A DNA stretch of 64,000 nt from Nitrosopumilus sp. (GTDB lineage Archaea > Thermoproteota > Nitrososphaeria > Nitrososphaerales > Nitrosopumilaceae): assembly GCA_963662625.1 (NCBI GenBank), contig OY759726.1, positions 1,056,001 to 1,120,000 of the forward strand, given 5' to 3'. Below the pieces are notes generated by a model. That model worked only from the letters and a program-made list of their open reading frames with translations. It was not told where the DNA came from and searched no databases. Made by a program: the position numbers and the translations under genes. Positions 18,757 through 27,955 of this stretch are shown piece after piece. Each line of letters begins with the position of its first letter. Within the stretch, counting starts at the first letter, position 1.

Positions 18757-19914
18757 TCAGACCTGGTCCCGGTACATCCGGATCACCTTCTCGTACATCG
18801 CGTCCTGGCCGTACGTAGACTCTAGCACCCCGCGGCCGTTTCTTCCCATCTCGGCTGCCTTCTGGCAGTCGTCGACGCAGTCGATCATCCTGCCAGCCCA
18901 CGCGACGCCGTCCCGGGAGCCGATGACGTACCCCGTCCTGCCGTCCTCCACGATGTCCGACGCCGGCCTCACGTCGGACACCAGCACGGGCTTGTTCTGC
19001 AGGAACGCCTCGAGTATGACCAGGCCGAACCCCTCGCAAAGGCTCGGAAACACCATCGCGGCAGACTCCGCGATGATCCTCTCCTTCTCCCGGGCCCCCA
19101 CGTGCCCCGCGAACCTCACGTGCCGTCCGAGCCCCATGTCCCTGACCATCTCCTCCAGCGCCCCCCTGTGCGGGCCGTCGCCGACTATGACCAGCCTGAT
19201 CCCGGGCCTCTTCTGCCTCGCGATGCCGACCGCCTCGATCACCACCTCCAGGTTCTTGTAAAAGACCAGCCTTCCCACGAACACGAACTGCGACGGGTCC
19301 GTCTTGGAGCCGCGCACGGCCTCCCCGTCCACCGCGTTGTGGATCACGTAGACGGGTTTTTTTGCGCCGAACCTCACAAGGTCGTCCCTGCTCGCCTCGC
19401 TCACGGTGTGGATGCAGTCGAGGCGGAGCCTGGTCGCCAGCCTCTCGAAGAACGGCGCGAGCATGACGCTGATCCTCGACACGCCGTTCTGCGAGCCCCA
19501 CCTCCTCCAGTAGTCCCTCCCGCACAGCGAGAACACGTCGTGGATGGTCGTGACGTGCGGCCTGCCGGTGACCGACGAGAGGAGCGATCCGGCAAGCGCC
19601 GGCGCGAAGTTGTTGGAGTGGATGATCTCGATCCCGTGCTCCCTCACGAGCCGCCTGCCCTCCCTGGCGGCGTTTGCCACGTACCTCAGGTTGTCCAGGA
19701 ACCCGGCCGGCATGCCCCCACTGTACTCCAGGGTGGGCCTCACGAAGACCACGTTGGCCCCGGCGGCGTCCCCGTACTGCTCCCCCCTTATCCGGTTCGT
19801 GACGACCCACACGGAGTTGCCGTTCTCCGCCAGCTTCCTTGCGAGCATGTGGAACACGTACTCCCCGCCGCCGCGCGTGGTAGAGAAGAACTGGGACAGC
19901 AGGAGCACCTTCAT
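18757..19914 (-). CDS. GT4 glycosyltransferase
   Basis: FVGRLVFYKN, VGDGP, PSLCEGFGLVILEA. Confidence 0.93.
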   Translation of the reverse strand: MKVLLLSQFFSTTRGGGEYVFHMLARKLAENGNSVWVVTNRIRGEQYGDAAGANVVFVRPTLEYSGGMPAGFLDNLRYVANAAREGRRLVREHGIEIIHSNNFAPALAGSLLSSVTGRPHVTTIHDVFSLCGRDYWRRWGSQNGVSRISVMLAPFFERLATRLRLDCIHTVSEASRDDLVRFGAKKPVYVIHNAVDGEAVRGSKTDPSQFVFVGRLVFYKNLEVVIEAVGIARQKRPGIRLVIVGDGPHRGALEEMVRDMGLGRHVRFAGHVGAREKERIIAESAAMVFPSLCEGFGLVILEAFLQNKPVLVSDVRPASDIVEDGRTGYVIGSRDGVAWAGRMIDCVDDCQKAAEMGRNGRGVLESTYGQDAMYEKVIRMYRDQV

Positions 19915-19920
19915 GGCGTG

Positions 19921-20670
19921 CTAGTCACCCGGCTTCTTCCCGTCCAGGATCCCAAGGTAGTCGTTTATCACCCTGCCCGGCTCCCCCTCGCTTGCGATCC
20001 TCCCGTCCTCCAGCATTATGGCCCTGTCGCACAGGCTGTCCACCGAACTGAGGTCGTGCGAGACGAAGACTATGGTCTTCTTGGCCTCCTTGAACCTCAT
20101 GAACGCCTCGTAGCTCTTCTTCTGGAACGGCGGGTCCCCCACGGCCAGGACCTCGTCGACCAGTATGATGTCGGGGTTTATCCGGACCGCCGTCGCGAAC
20201 GCCAGGCGCATGGCCATCCCCGTCGAGAACTTTTTCAGCTTGACGTTCCTGAACCTTTCTAGCTCCGCAAAGCCGATTATCTCGTCCACCATCCCGGTGA
20301 TCTGGCCGTGGGAAAACCCCAGGATCTTCCCGTAAAACACCACGTTGTCCCTGGCCGACAGCTCCGGGTTGAACCCAGTCCCCAGCGACAGCAGCGGGAC
20401 CATGCTGCCACTGATCCTGATCTCCCCGGAGTCGGGCCTGTAGATCCCGGCAATGAGGCGGAGGAGGGTGGTCTTCCCTATGCCGTTCCGGCCCACGATC
20501 CCGAACATCTCGCCCTTCCTCACCTCGAAGGAGACGTTCCTGAGTATGCCTATCTCGGAGTCGTCCCCGGCCCTGCTGAACACCGAGTCCCTGCTCCTGG
20601 TCTTGAACCGCTTGCTTACAGAGTCCACCTCTATGGCGTTTCCCGGGATCCTGCTACAGCTCCTCAACAA
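19921..20670 (-). CDS. wzt: Polysaccharide ABC exporter ATPase (Wzt/TagH type), no C-terminal carbohydrate-binding domain
   Basis: GRNGIGKTT, FNPELSARDN, FSTGMAMRLAFA, LVDEVLAVGD; about 249 aa only. Confidence 0.92.
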   Translation of the reverse strand: MLRSCSRIPGNAIEVDSVSKRFKTRSRDSVFSRAGDDSEIGILRNVSFEVRKGEMFGIVGRNGIGKTTLLRLIAGIYRPDSGEIRISGSMVPLLSLGTGFNPELSARDNVVFYGKILGFSHGQITGMVDEIIGFAELERFRNVKLKKFSTGMAMRLAFATAVRINPDIILVDEVLAVGDPPFQKKSYEAFMRFKEAKKTIVFVSHDLSSVDSLCDRAIMLEDGRIASEGEPGRVINDYLGILDGKKPGD

Positions 20671-21427
20671 TCCTGAACTCGTAACGTTTGAATATAATGT
20701 ATCCTACTACGAGGATCCCGACCGAGAATGCCGCGGTGTACGCCATGGCAAAGGCAGACGGCAGCTGCCCGTACAGCGCGGCGCCGTGGGCCATGTCCAG
20801 GAACTGCGCCACCGGGTTGATCAGGAGTATCCTGCCCATCTCCTCCGGGAATATGCTGATGTCGTAGATCACCGGCGTCAGGAAGAACCCGGCGTACGTG
20901 GCGATCGTCCACACGTTCTGCACGTCCCTGAACCTGACGTACACCACCGAAAGGATGAACGAGATGCCCAGCGTCATGCAGAACAGCAGCGCCACGAGCA
21001 CCGGCAGCAAGAGTATCGTGGCCTCCGGGACGAACCGGAACCCCGCCACGAACCCGAAGAACACCACGAACTCGACCCCCAGCATGATGAACGCGGTGAC
21101 GCAGGAACTGATCGGGAGTATGCCCCTCGGGAAGTACGTCTGGTTGACGATCCCCGCCCTGGCCAGGATGCTCCCTAGCCCCGTGCTGGTGGAGCGCGCA
21201 AAGTAGTTCCACATTATGATTCCCAGCAGGAGGTAGAGCGGGTAGTTCTCGATGTCCGACTTGAACACGTGGGAGAAGATCAGGTACAGGATCCCGAGCA
21301 TCAGCATGGGCTCCAGGAACGACCACAGCGCCCCCAGCAGGGATCCCTTGTAGCGGATGATCAGGTCGTTCACGGCAAACGTCCTTATCAGCGAACGGTT
21401 CTCCCATATCTCGCTTGGCGGCATCAC
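20654..21427 (-). CDS. wzm: Polysaccharide ABC exporter permease (Wzm/TagG type)
   Basis: RYKGSLLGALWSFLEP, RFRDV, FFLTPVIY, INPVA; multiple TMs. Confidence 0.92.
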   Translation of the reverse strand: MMPPSEIWENRSLIRTFAVNDLIIRYKGSLLGALWSFLEPMLMLGILYLIFSHVFKSDIENYPLYLLLGIIMWNYFARSTSTGLGSILARAGIVNQTYFPRGILPISSCVTAFIMLGVEFVVFFGFVAGFRFVPEATILLLPVLVALLFCMTLGISFILSVVYVRFRDVQNVWTIATYAGFFLTPVIYDISIFPEEMGRILLINPVAQFLDMAHGAALYGQLPSAFAMAYTAAFSVGILVVGYIIFKRYEFRIVEEL

Positions 21428-21448
21428 CGGAATGTCGCACCTCTTGTT

Positions 21449-22582
21449 TTATATCTCGTTTGCCCGCCCCCCGCAGAACCTGCGGATCAGGCCGGCCATC
21501 TCGGCGGCCTTGCCCTCCCAGTCGTTCTGCCTCGCCACGTCCTGCCCGGCCGCCGCGTCGTGGCCCTGCCCGGCGGCCGACTCGACGTGCCCCAGGAACT
21601 CCTCGTGACTCTTTGCCACCCTGCATATGCCGCCGAACCTGCCCAGCTCGGGCAGCTCCGTGGTGACCGTGGGCTTGCCCGAGGCCATGTACTCGTAGAA
21701 CTTGTTCGGGTTCACGCTGCGGGTCAGCCTGTTGACTAGGAACGGGATTATGCACACGTCAAACGCCTTGACGTACCCGGGGAGCTCCCGGTAGTCCTTC
21801 CTGCCAAGGACGTGCAGGTTCCCGGACCTCATCTGCCTCAGGCGCCTCCTCTGCCTCGGGGGGGCCCACCCGATCAACACTACCGACGCGTCGGGGAACC
21901 TCCGCAGGATCTTCTCCAGCAGGTCAAAGTCAAACCACTCCCCCATGGCCCCCACGTACCCTATGACGGGCCGCGCGATGCCCCGCACCTCCGCCGCGAC
22001 CTCCGTCCCCTCCTGCGAGGCCTTCCCAAAATGCGCCGCGTCCACGCCGTTTCCCACTAGGAAGATCTCCTTCCTGCCCCTGAACCTCTCCAGGATGCTC
22101 TCCGACGGGGTGAACATCACGTCGGATCTTGCCTCCAGGACGCCTATGTACTCCTCGAGCCAGGGGCCGGTGGCGTCGAACTCCCTGACGTCGTCCGTGA
22201 TGTCGTAGCAGACCAGGGACTCGCCCAGGCTGCCTATCACGCACGAGTACCTCGGCTTGTAAAACAGCAGGACCGGCTCGCGGATTCCCCTGTCCCTCAG
22301 GATTTTTTTCATCCCCCTGGTTATGATCCGGTCGTTGCCCCTCCGGCCAAAGCCGATCCTGTCTGCCAGCGGGATCGTGGGGACCGACACCACCTCCACG
22401 TTCTCCCGCACCATGCGGCTCCTCCTGAACGGCGTCCTGGCGATGATGCTCCACGCGATCGACAGCCAGAACGACGGCTCGACGTACAGCACCTTCCAGT
22501 CGCTCGGGAACCGGGAGACCATCTGCTGCTGCCTCTGCCAGAGGAAGTTCCAGGTGATGTCCGAAAAGCAAACTATCTGCAA
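21449..22582 (-). CDS. GT-B glycosyltransferase (TuaH-like)
   Basis: LWQRQQQ, YDITDD, NGVD, IGYVGAMGEWFD, NPNKFYEYMASGKP; TTG start at 22582. Confidence 0.88.
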   Translation of the reverse strand: MQIVCFSDITWNFLWQRQQQMVSRFPSDWKVLYVEPSFWLSIAWSIIARTPFRRSRMVRENVEVVSVPTIPLADRIGFGRRGNDRIITRGMKKILRDRGIREPVLLFYKPRYSCVIGSLGESLVCYDITDDVREFDATGPWLEEYIGVLEARSDVMFTPSESILERFRGRKEIFLVGNGVDAAHFGKASQEGTEVAAEVRGIARPVIGYVGAMGEWFDFDLLEKILRRFPDASVVLIGWAPPRQRRRLRQMRSGNLHVLGRKDYRELPGYVKAFDVCIIPFLVNRLTRSVNPNKFYEYMASGKPTVTTELPELGRFGGICRVAKSHEEFLGHVESAAGQGHDAAAGQDVARQNDWEGKAAEMAGLIRRFCGGRANEI

Positions 22583-22721
22583 TACATGACTCAGGCCCGG
22601 TTTGGCGATTAAAGTTTTTGTAGGGGTATGGCCCGCCGGCTCCGGCGGGGCAGTTCCCGACAGGCTGCGCCGCGTCCCGCGCCTGAAAATACAGAAATAG
22701 ATCTTCCCAGCAAAACTTGGA

Positions 22722-23528
22722 ATGGCAAAAAACCTCGAAAAGGTGTTCAAGGCAAAAACTCGGCTCCTTGACGAGCTGCAGCACGTCCTGGAAGCCAAGA
22801 TCGAGGCAATCACGGAGCTGGAGCGGTCGCTCGAGGAGAAGACCGGCGCCGTCACGGAGCTGGAGCGGTCGCTCGAGGAGAAGACCGGCGCCGTCACGGA
22901 GCTGGAGCGGTCGCTCGAGGAGAAGACCGGCGCCGTCACGGAGCTGGAGCGGTCGCTCGAGGAGAAGACCGGCGCCGTCACGGAGCTGGAGCGGTCGCTC
23001 GAGGAGAAGACCGGCGCCGTCACGGAGCTGGAGCGGTCGCTCGAGGAGAAGACCGGCGCCGTCACGGAGCTGGAGCGGTCGCTCGAGGAGAAGACCGGCG
23101 CCGTCACGGAGCTGGAGCGGTCGCTCGAGGAGAAGACCGGCGCCGTCACGGAGCTGGAGCGGTCGCTCGAGGAGAAGACCGGCGCCGTCACGGAGCTGGA
23201 GCGGTCGCTCGAGGAGAAGACCGGCGCCGTCACGGAGCTGGAGCGGTCGCTCGAGGAGAAGACCGGCGCCGTCACGGAGCTGGAGCGGTCGCTCGAGGAG
23301 AAGACCGGCGCCGTCACGGAGCTGGAGCGGTCGCTCGAGGAGAAGACCGGCGCCATGGCGGGGCTGCAAGAGTCGCTCGACGGGAAGGCGGCCGACGCCA
23401 AGCTGCTGGAAGGGAAACTGAAGGCAAGCCAAAACGAGGCGGCGCAGCAGAAGGCGGAGATCGACTCGCTGAAGAGCTCGCTGTCCTACAGAATCGGAAA
23501 GAGGTTCGGCTCCAAGCCCGCGGGCTAG
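22722..23528 (+). CDS. Stand-alone coiled-coil protein with 13 x 14-aa repeats and a C-terminal amphipathic motif
   Basis: (TELERSLEEKTGAV) x13 followed by IDSLKSSLSYRIGKRF. Confidence 0.8.
   Translation: MAKNLEKVFKAKTRLLDELQHVLEAKIEAITELERSLEEKTGAVTELERSLEEKTGAVTELERSLEEKTGAVTELERSLEEKTGAVTELERSLEEKTGAVTELERSLEEKTGAVTELERSLEEKTGAVTELERSLEEKTGAVTELERSLEEKTGAVTELERSLEEKTGAVTELERSLEEKTGAVTELERSLEEKTGAVTELERSLEEKTGAMAGLQESLDGKAADAKLLEGKLKASQNEAAQQKAEIDSLKSSLSYRIGKRFGSKPAG
22811..23354 (+). repeat. Perfect 42-bp tandem repeat, 13 copies
   Basis: CACGGAGCTGGAGCGGTCGCTCGAGGAGAAGACCGGCGCCGT repeated head-to-tail without spacers. Confidence 0.97.
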
Positions 23529-23622
23529 CGCGGGCAGCGGCCCGCGGGGATCCGGCCCCGCGGCTTCGGGTGAGGTGCCAGGAAATAAACAGATAATTGG
23601 AGCGGGGCGCGATCGTTAACCG

Positions 23623-24426
23623 TTGCAAGACAAGGTGTCAAAGGCGGGGGGCGGTTCCCAGGCCGGCGGACCTGGCGCAGGATCCGTCCCGCGGGAGGAA
23701 TCGCGCGATCCCATCGAGGACGAACTCTCCGTGTACATGCGCTCGGATCTCTCGCCCGCGGAGAGGGCGAGGCTGATCGGGAGGCTGTGGCAGAGGCTGG
23801 CCTCGACCGAGTTTGCCCACGGCGAGTCCCTTTCCATGCAGCCCGCGCTGGCTGACATGTGCGTCGATTCCAAATCCAACATGCTGGACGAGTGGGAGCT
23901 CGCATGCCTCTGCTCCTGCATCGTAAACTTTGACTGGAAGCCCGACGACTACCTGATAGAGATCGGGACGAACATAGGCCAGACCGCCGTATTCATGGCC
24001 AAGGTGCTCCGGTCGATGGGCCTTGGCACGAAGATCATCAGCGTGGACCCGTTCTCCTTCGCGGCCGACAAGATGCTCAACCCGAAAGGAAACTACTCCT
24101 ACTATGTCACGCTCACCAGGCAGCAAAACGTCAACGACATGTGCATCCCGGTGACGGCGTTCTCCCAGGACATCCCGCACATCTTCAAGGAAAACGTGGG
24201 GGTGTTGCTCGTGGACGGCTCCCACCAGTACGAGGACGTGAAAAAAGACCTCGATTACTACTCCGGGCTGGTCAGGCCGAACGGATACGTCTTCGTGGAC
24301 GACTATAACGCCTCAAACTACCCCGGCGTGTACGGGGCGTTCGACGAGTGGCTTGCCGGCTATGACAACTTTGAGCTGTCCTACAAGGACAGCTACTTTG
24401 TAATAGCGAAAAAGATCCGTGACTAG
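23623..24426 (+). CDS. Class I SAM-dependent methyltransferase (Methyltransf_24-like)
   Basis: IEIGTNIGQT, SVDPF, LLVDGSHQYEDVKKD, GYVFVDDY. Confidence 0.88.
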   Translation: MQDKVSKAGGGSQAGGPGAGSVPREESRDPIEDELSVYMRSDLSPAERARLIGRLWQRLASTEFAHGESLSMQPALADMCVDSKSNMLDEWELACLCSCIVNFDWKPDDYLIEIGTNIGQTAVFMAKVLRSMGLGTKIISVDPFSFAADKMLNPKGNYSYYVTLTRQQNVNDMCIPVTAFSQDIPHIFKENVGVLLVDGSHQYEDVKKDLDYYSGLVRPNGYVFVDDYNASNYPGVYGAFDEWLAGYDNFELSYKDSYFVIAKKIRD

Positions 24427-24604
24427 CGCCGCTCCCGACCCGCGCTGGCATTGCGGCCCGGCCGGTGGGGCCCCCCCGCGCCCCCGTCCCAGGACGGCCC
24501 GGCGTCCCCGCCGCGGGCGGCCCCGGGGCCCGCCGCGCACGTGGCTGCAGCAAAGCCGCGGGTTGATAGCAAAACAAGTATAGGGACTTTTTTCTGGTAC
24601 TTAC

Positions 24605-27505
24605 ATGTTGAGCGAAGATCCTACGACGGAGGCAGACTCGCAAAAGCCCTCGCTCTGGGACGGGATAGCGGCGCAGTACCGCACCGCGCCGGACCGGGGG
24701 GAGGCCGAGATCGCGGGGGAGCTCGAGTCCATCCTGGAGGGCCTCGGGGTGCGCGCCGGCTCCGCCCTGCTGGAGGCGGGATCCGGCAGCGGGCACATAT
24801 CCTCGCTCCTTGCGTCAAAGGGGTACAGGACCACGCTCCTCGACTTTAGCAAGGCCGCGCTGAAAAAATCAAAGCGGCTCTACAAGAAGAACGGCCTGGA
24901 CGGGATCTTCGTCCACTCCGACCTGTTTGACATCTCCGCCGAGTCCGTGGGCACCCATGACGTCGTGTGGAACTCCGGGGTCTTGGAGCACTTTGACGGC
25001 TGGCAGATCATCGAGGCGATGCAGAAGATGGCGTCCGTCGCCAAGAAATTCGTGATAATACTGGTCCCGAACTCTAACAGCTCCGAGTACATGGAGTTTA
25101 GGAAGAAGGCGCTGGAGGACGGCGCGTGGCAGTGGGGGCTGGAGATACTGCGCGAGGACATGAGGGACATGGCCGCGATCTCCGGCCTGGAGGTGGTGGA
25201 GGAGCGGTTCGTGGGGACCACCCACCTGAAATACTTTAAAGACTACGCAAAGCCGGTCGAGGACGCCGACGATCCAGATGGCATTCCCGACGACGAGAAG
25301 TACCTCAGGGTAATAGTGGCAAGGCCAGCCCCCCCGGCGCCGCCCGACCGGGAACTGGAGGCCGCCGCGCTGTCCAGGATCCTCCGGAACGACTCGGAGG
25401 CCCTGCGCCGGACGTACTACAACGACATCACGATCCTTATGGATCGGCTCAAGTCGCTCGGGGCCAAGGCAGGCGAGGACAAGGCCTTCATCGCCCAGCT
25501 GAAAACCGATTTTGCCTCCTCGCGGCAGACGATAGCGACCCTGGAGGGGAACCTCTCCACGTCGCTCCAGACGGCGGCCGACCTGGAGGGGGATCTTGCC
25601 TCCTCGCGGCAGACGATAGCGACCCTGGAGGGGAACCTCTCCGGGTCGCTCCAGACCATAGCCAACCTCGAAGGCGACCTCTCCACGTCGCTCCAGACGG
25701 CGGCCGACCTGGAGGGGGATCTTGCCTCCTCGCGGCAGACGATAGCGACCCTGGAGGGGAACCTCTCCGGGTCGCTCCAGACCATAGCCAACCTCGAAGG
25801 CGACCTCTCCACGTCGCTCCAGACGGCAGCCGACCTGGAGGGGGGCCTTGCCGCCTCGCGGCAGACCATAGCCGACCTGGAGGGGGGCCTTGCCGCCTCG
25901 CGGCAGACCATAGCCGACCTGGAGGGGGGCCTTGCCGCCTCGCGGCAGACCATAGCCGACCTGGAGGGGGGCCTTGCCGCCTCGCGGCAGACCATAGCCG
26001 ACCTGGAGGGGGGCCTTGCCGCCTCGCGGCAGACCATAGCCGACCTGGAGGGTGACCTCCTGGCCCAGAAAAAGATCAACTCCGACCTTGCCGACGAGAA
26101 CCTCGCCCTGGGCCGGGCCTTGGAATTCGAACGGCAGAAGATCGACACGCTGCTGAACACAAAGACGTGGAAGCTCACGAGGCTGTACGAGAAGAAGTTC
26201 CAAGGAAACGTCCTGGGGAGGATGATAGAAAAGACTGTCGACCTGGCCCTGAAGGGCCAGAAGGACAGCGGCGCTGCGCCGCAGGCAGCCGCGGAGGCCC
26301 CGGACGCCGCGCCTGCCGCAGCGGAGGCCCCGGACGCCGCGCCACAAGAAGCGCAGAAGAAGAATGCCCACCTAGAGGCCCTCCGGGAGATAATACGGGA
26401 GAACGGGGGCGTCAAGGGGATCGTCGTCTACCCGCCCACGGTCGACTGGAACATCCCGCTCCTCCAGAGGCCGCAACACATGGCATCCCACCTGGCCCGG
26501 AACAACTGGCTGTATTTTTACTGCACCACGAACGCCTATGACAAGGTCAGCGGCTTTGAGAAGATATCTGACCGGCTCTACCTGACCGATCGATTCGACG
26601 AACTGGTGGGGGAACTGGACTCCTTCTTCGCCTTCGTGCACAGCGCGCACCCCACCCTGACGATCCCCGATCTCGAGGGCCTGGGGAAGAAGGCGATGCT
26701 GGTGTACGACTACCTCGACGAGATCCACCCCGACGTCAGCGGGCTCAACCCCCGGGACGTCCTGGACCGGCACACCCACATGATGAAGAACAGCACGGCG
26801 GTGGTCGCCACCGCCGGGAAGCTGTTCTCCGACGTGGCAGAACTGCGCCGGGACAACGTCTACCTGCTCCCGAACGCGGTGGACTATGACCACTTCCACA
26901 GGACCCGGGATCCGGGGGCGATCCCCAAGGAGATCAGGCCGATCAGGGAGTCCGGAGGGCCGATCCTGGGATACTTTGGCGCCATAGCAAAGTGGTTTGA
27001 CTACGAGCTGATCAAGGAGGTGGCCCGGGCCCGGCCGGACTGGAACATCGTCCTGATCGGCTGGGACTATGACAAGACGGTCGGCAAGAGCGGGATCGAC
27101 GAGTTCGAGAACATACACTACCTTGGCATAAAGGAGTACGGCATCCTGCCAGAATACGCCGTGTGGTTTGACGTGTGCATCCTGCCGTTCCTCGTAAACG
27201 ACATCACCAACTCCACGTCCCCGATAAAGCTCTTTGAGTACATGGCGCTAGGCAAACCCATAGTCGCGACCCCGATAAGGGAGGTGGGCAACTACAAGAG
27301 CCCGCTCGTGGCCGGCGGCCCGGGGGAGTTCGTCGAAAAGGTCGAGCAGGCGCTCAAGCTCGGGGGAGACCGGGATTACCTCGAGCTGGTGGACGGGGAG
27401 GCCAGGGGCAACACCTGGAAGAAGAGGTTTGACGACCTGGACGGGATACTGGAATCGCTGCTGGAGCGGGGAGGCCAGGGGCAACGCTTGGAAGAAGGGC
27501 CTTGA
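24605..27505 (+). CDS. Multidomain methyltransferase - repeat coiled coil - glycosyltransferase
   Basis: N-terminal LEAGSGSG/WNSGVLEHF; central 14-aa repeats; C-terminal QRPQH, YDYLDE, GYFGAIAKWFD, SPIKLFEYMALGKP. Confidence 0.92.
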   Translation: MLSEDPTTEADSQKPSLWDGIAAQYRTAPDRGEAEIAGELESILEGLGVRAGSALLEAGSGSGHISSLLASKGYRTTLLDFSKAALKKSKRLYKKNGLDGIFVHSDLFDISAESVGTHDVVWNSGVLEHFDGWQIIEAMQKMASVAKKFVIILVPNSNSSEYMEFRKKALEDGAWQWGLEILREDMRDMAAISGLEVVEERFVGTTHLKYFKDYAKPVEDADDPDGIPDDEKYLRVIVARPAPPAPPDRELEAAALSRILRNDSEALRRTYYNDITILMDRLKSLGAKAGEDKAFIAQLKTDFASSRQTIATLEGNLSTSLQTAADLEGDLASSRQTIATLEGNLSGSLQTIANLEGDLSTSLQTAADLEGDLASSRQTIATLEGNLSGSLQTIANLEGDLSTSLQTAADLEGGLAASRQTIADLEGGLAASRQTIADLEGGLAASRQTIADLEGGLAASRQTIADLEGGLAASRQTIADLEGDLLAQKKINSDLADENLALGRALEFERQKIDTLLNTKTWKLTRLYEKKFQGNVLGRMIEKTVDLALKGQKDSGAAPQAAAEAPDAAPAAAEAPDAAPQEAQKKNAHLEALREIIRENGGVKGIVVYPPTVDWNIPLLQRPQHMASHLARNNWLYFYCTTNAYDKVSGFEKISDRLYLTDRFDELVGELDSFFAFVHSAHPTLTIPDLEGLGKKAMLVYDYLDEIHPDVSGLNPRDVLDRHTHMMKNSTAVVATAGKLFSDVAELRRDNVYLLPNAVDYDHFHRTRDPGAIPKEIRPIRESGGPILGYFGAIAKWFDYELIKEVARARPDWNIVLIGWDYDKTVGKSGIDEFENIHYLGIKEYGILPEYAVWFDVCILPFLVNDITNSTSPIKLFEYMALGKPIVATPIREVGNYKSPLVAGGPGEFVEKVEQALKLGGDRDYLELVDGEARGNTWKKRFDDLDGILESLLERGGQGQRLEEGP
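25508..26053 (+). repeat. 13 x 42-bp in-frame repeat with higher-order structure
   Basis: Units DLASSRQTIATLEG / NLSGSLQTIANLEG / DLSTSLQTAADLEG (126-bp block twice), then GLAASRQTIADLEG x5. Confidence 0.93.
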
Positions 27506-27544
27506 CGACCTGGACGGGATGCTGGAATCGCTGCTGGAGCGGGG
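27399..27544 (+). repeat. 73-bp tandem duplication at the 3' end of the MTase-GT gene
   Basis: 27399-27471 vs 27472-27544, six mismatches. Confidence 0.9.
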
Positions 27545-27928
27545 CTAGCTGCACTCCGTGCTCCAAGTGGCCTTGTGATCCTTTCCGTCGTCGAGGAACT
27601 CGCTGCTCTTGGCGCACATCGTGGTGTTCTTTATCTCGGTGTTCTGGATCGCGTCGACCTTGACGTCCATGCGCCTGAACTTCTTGCCGTCCTCCTCCGC
27701 GGTGTAGGGGTCGCTTGTCACCACGTTGAACTCGTAGGTGTAGGTGGTGGTGTCGCCCTTCTTGGGGTTGTTGGCGTACGATCTAGCGGTGACCCCGAAC
27801 TCCTTGCTCTGACCGCCGTACTTTATGTCGCACCTCTCGGCGTCCACGGTATAGTACACCCTGATCCCGATGTTCTGGTTCAGGGCCTCGATGAAGAACA
27901 CCGTGTCCCAGCCCTTGATCTCAGACAA
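27545..27928 (-). CDS. Hypothetical 127-aa beta-rich protein
   Basis: TTG start, GC3-rich codons, AT-rich box upstream; no family recognised. Confidence 0.65.
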   Translation of the reverse strand: MSEIKGWDTVFFIEALNQNIGIRVYYTVDAERCDIKYGGQSKEFGVTARSYANNPKKGDTTTYTYEFNVVTSDPYTAEEDGKKFRRMDVKVDAIQNTEIKNTTMCAKSSEFLDDGKDHKATWSTECS

Positions 27929-27955
27929 CGTACGTGTGTGGGCGCCGCCCTTTTA

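Noticed and set aside
22811-23354. 42-bp array as a CRISPR array
   Set aside because: Head-to-tail with no spacers, in frame within a coiled-coil ORF
22583-23401. N-terminal 273-aa extension of the 650-aa minus ORF
   Set aside because: Largely the antisense shadow of the + strand repeat gene; the GT begins at TTG 22582 below an AT-rich promoter region
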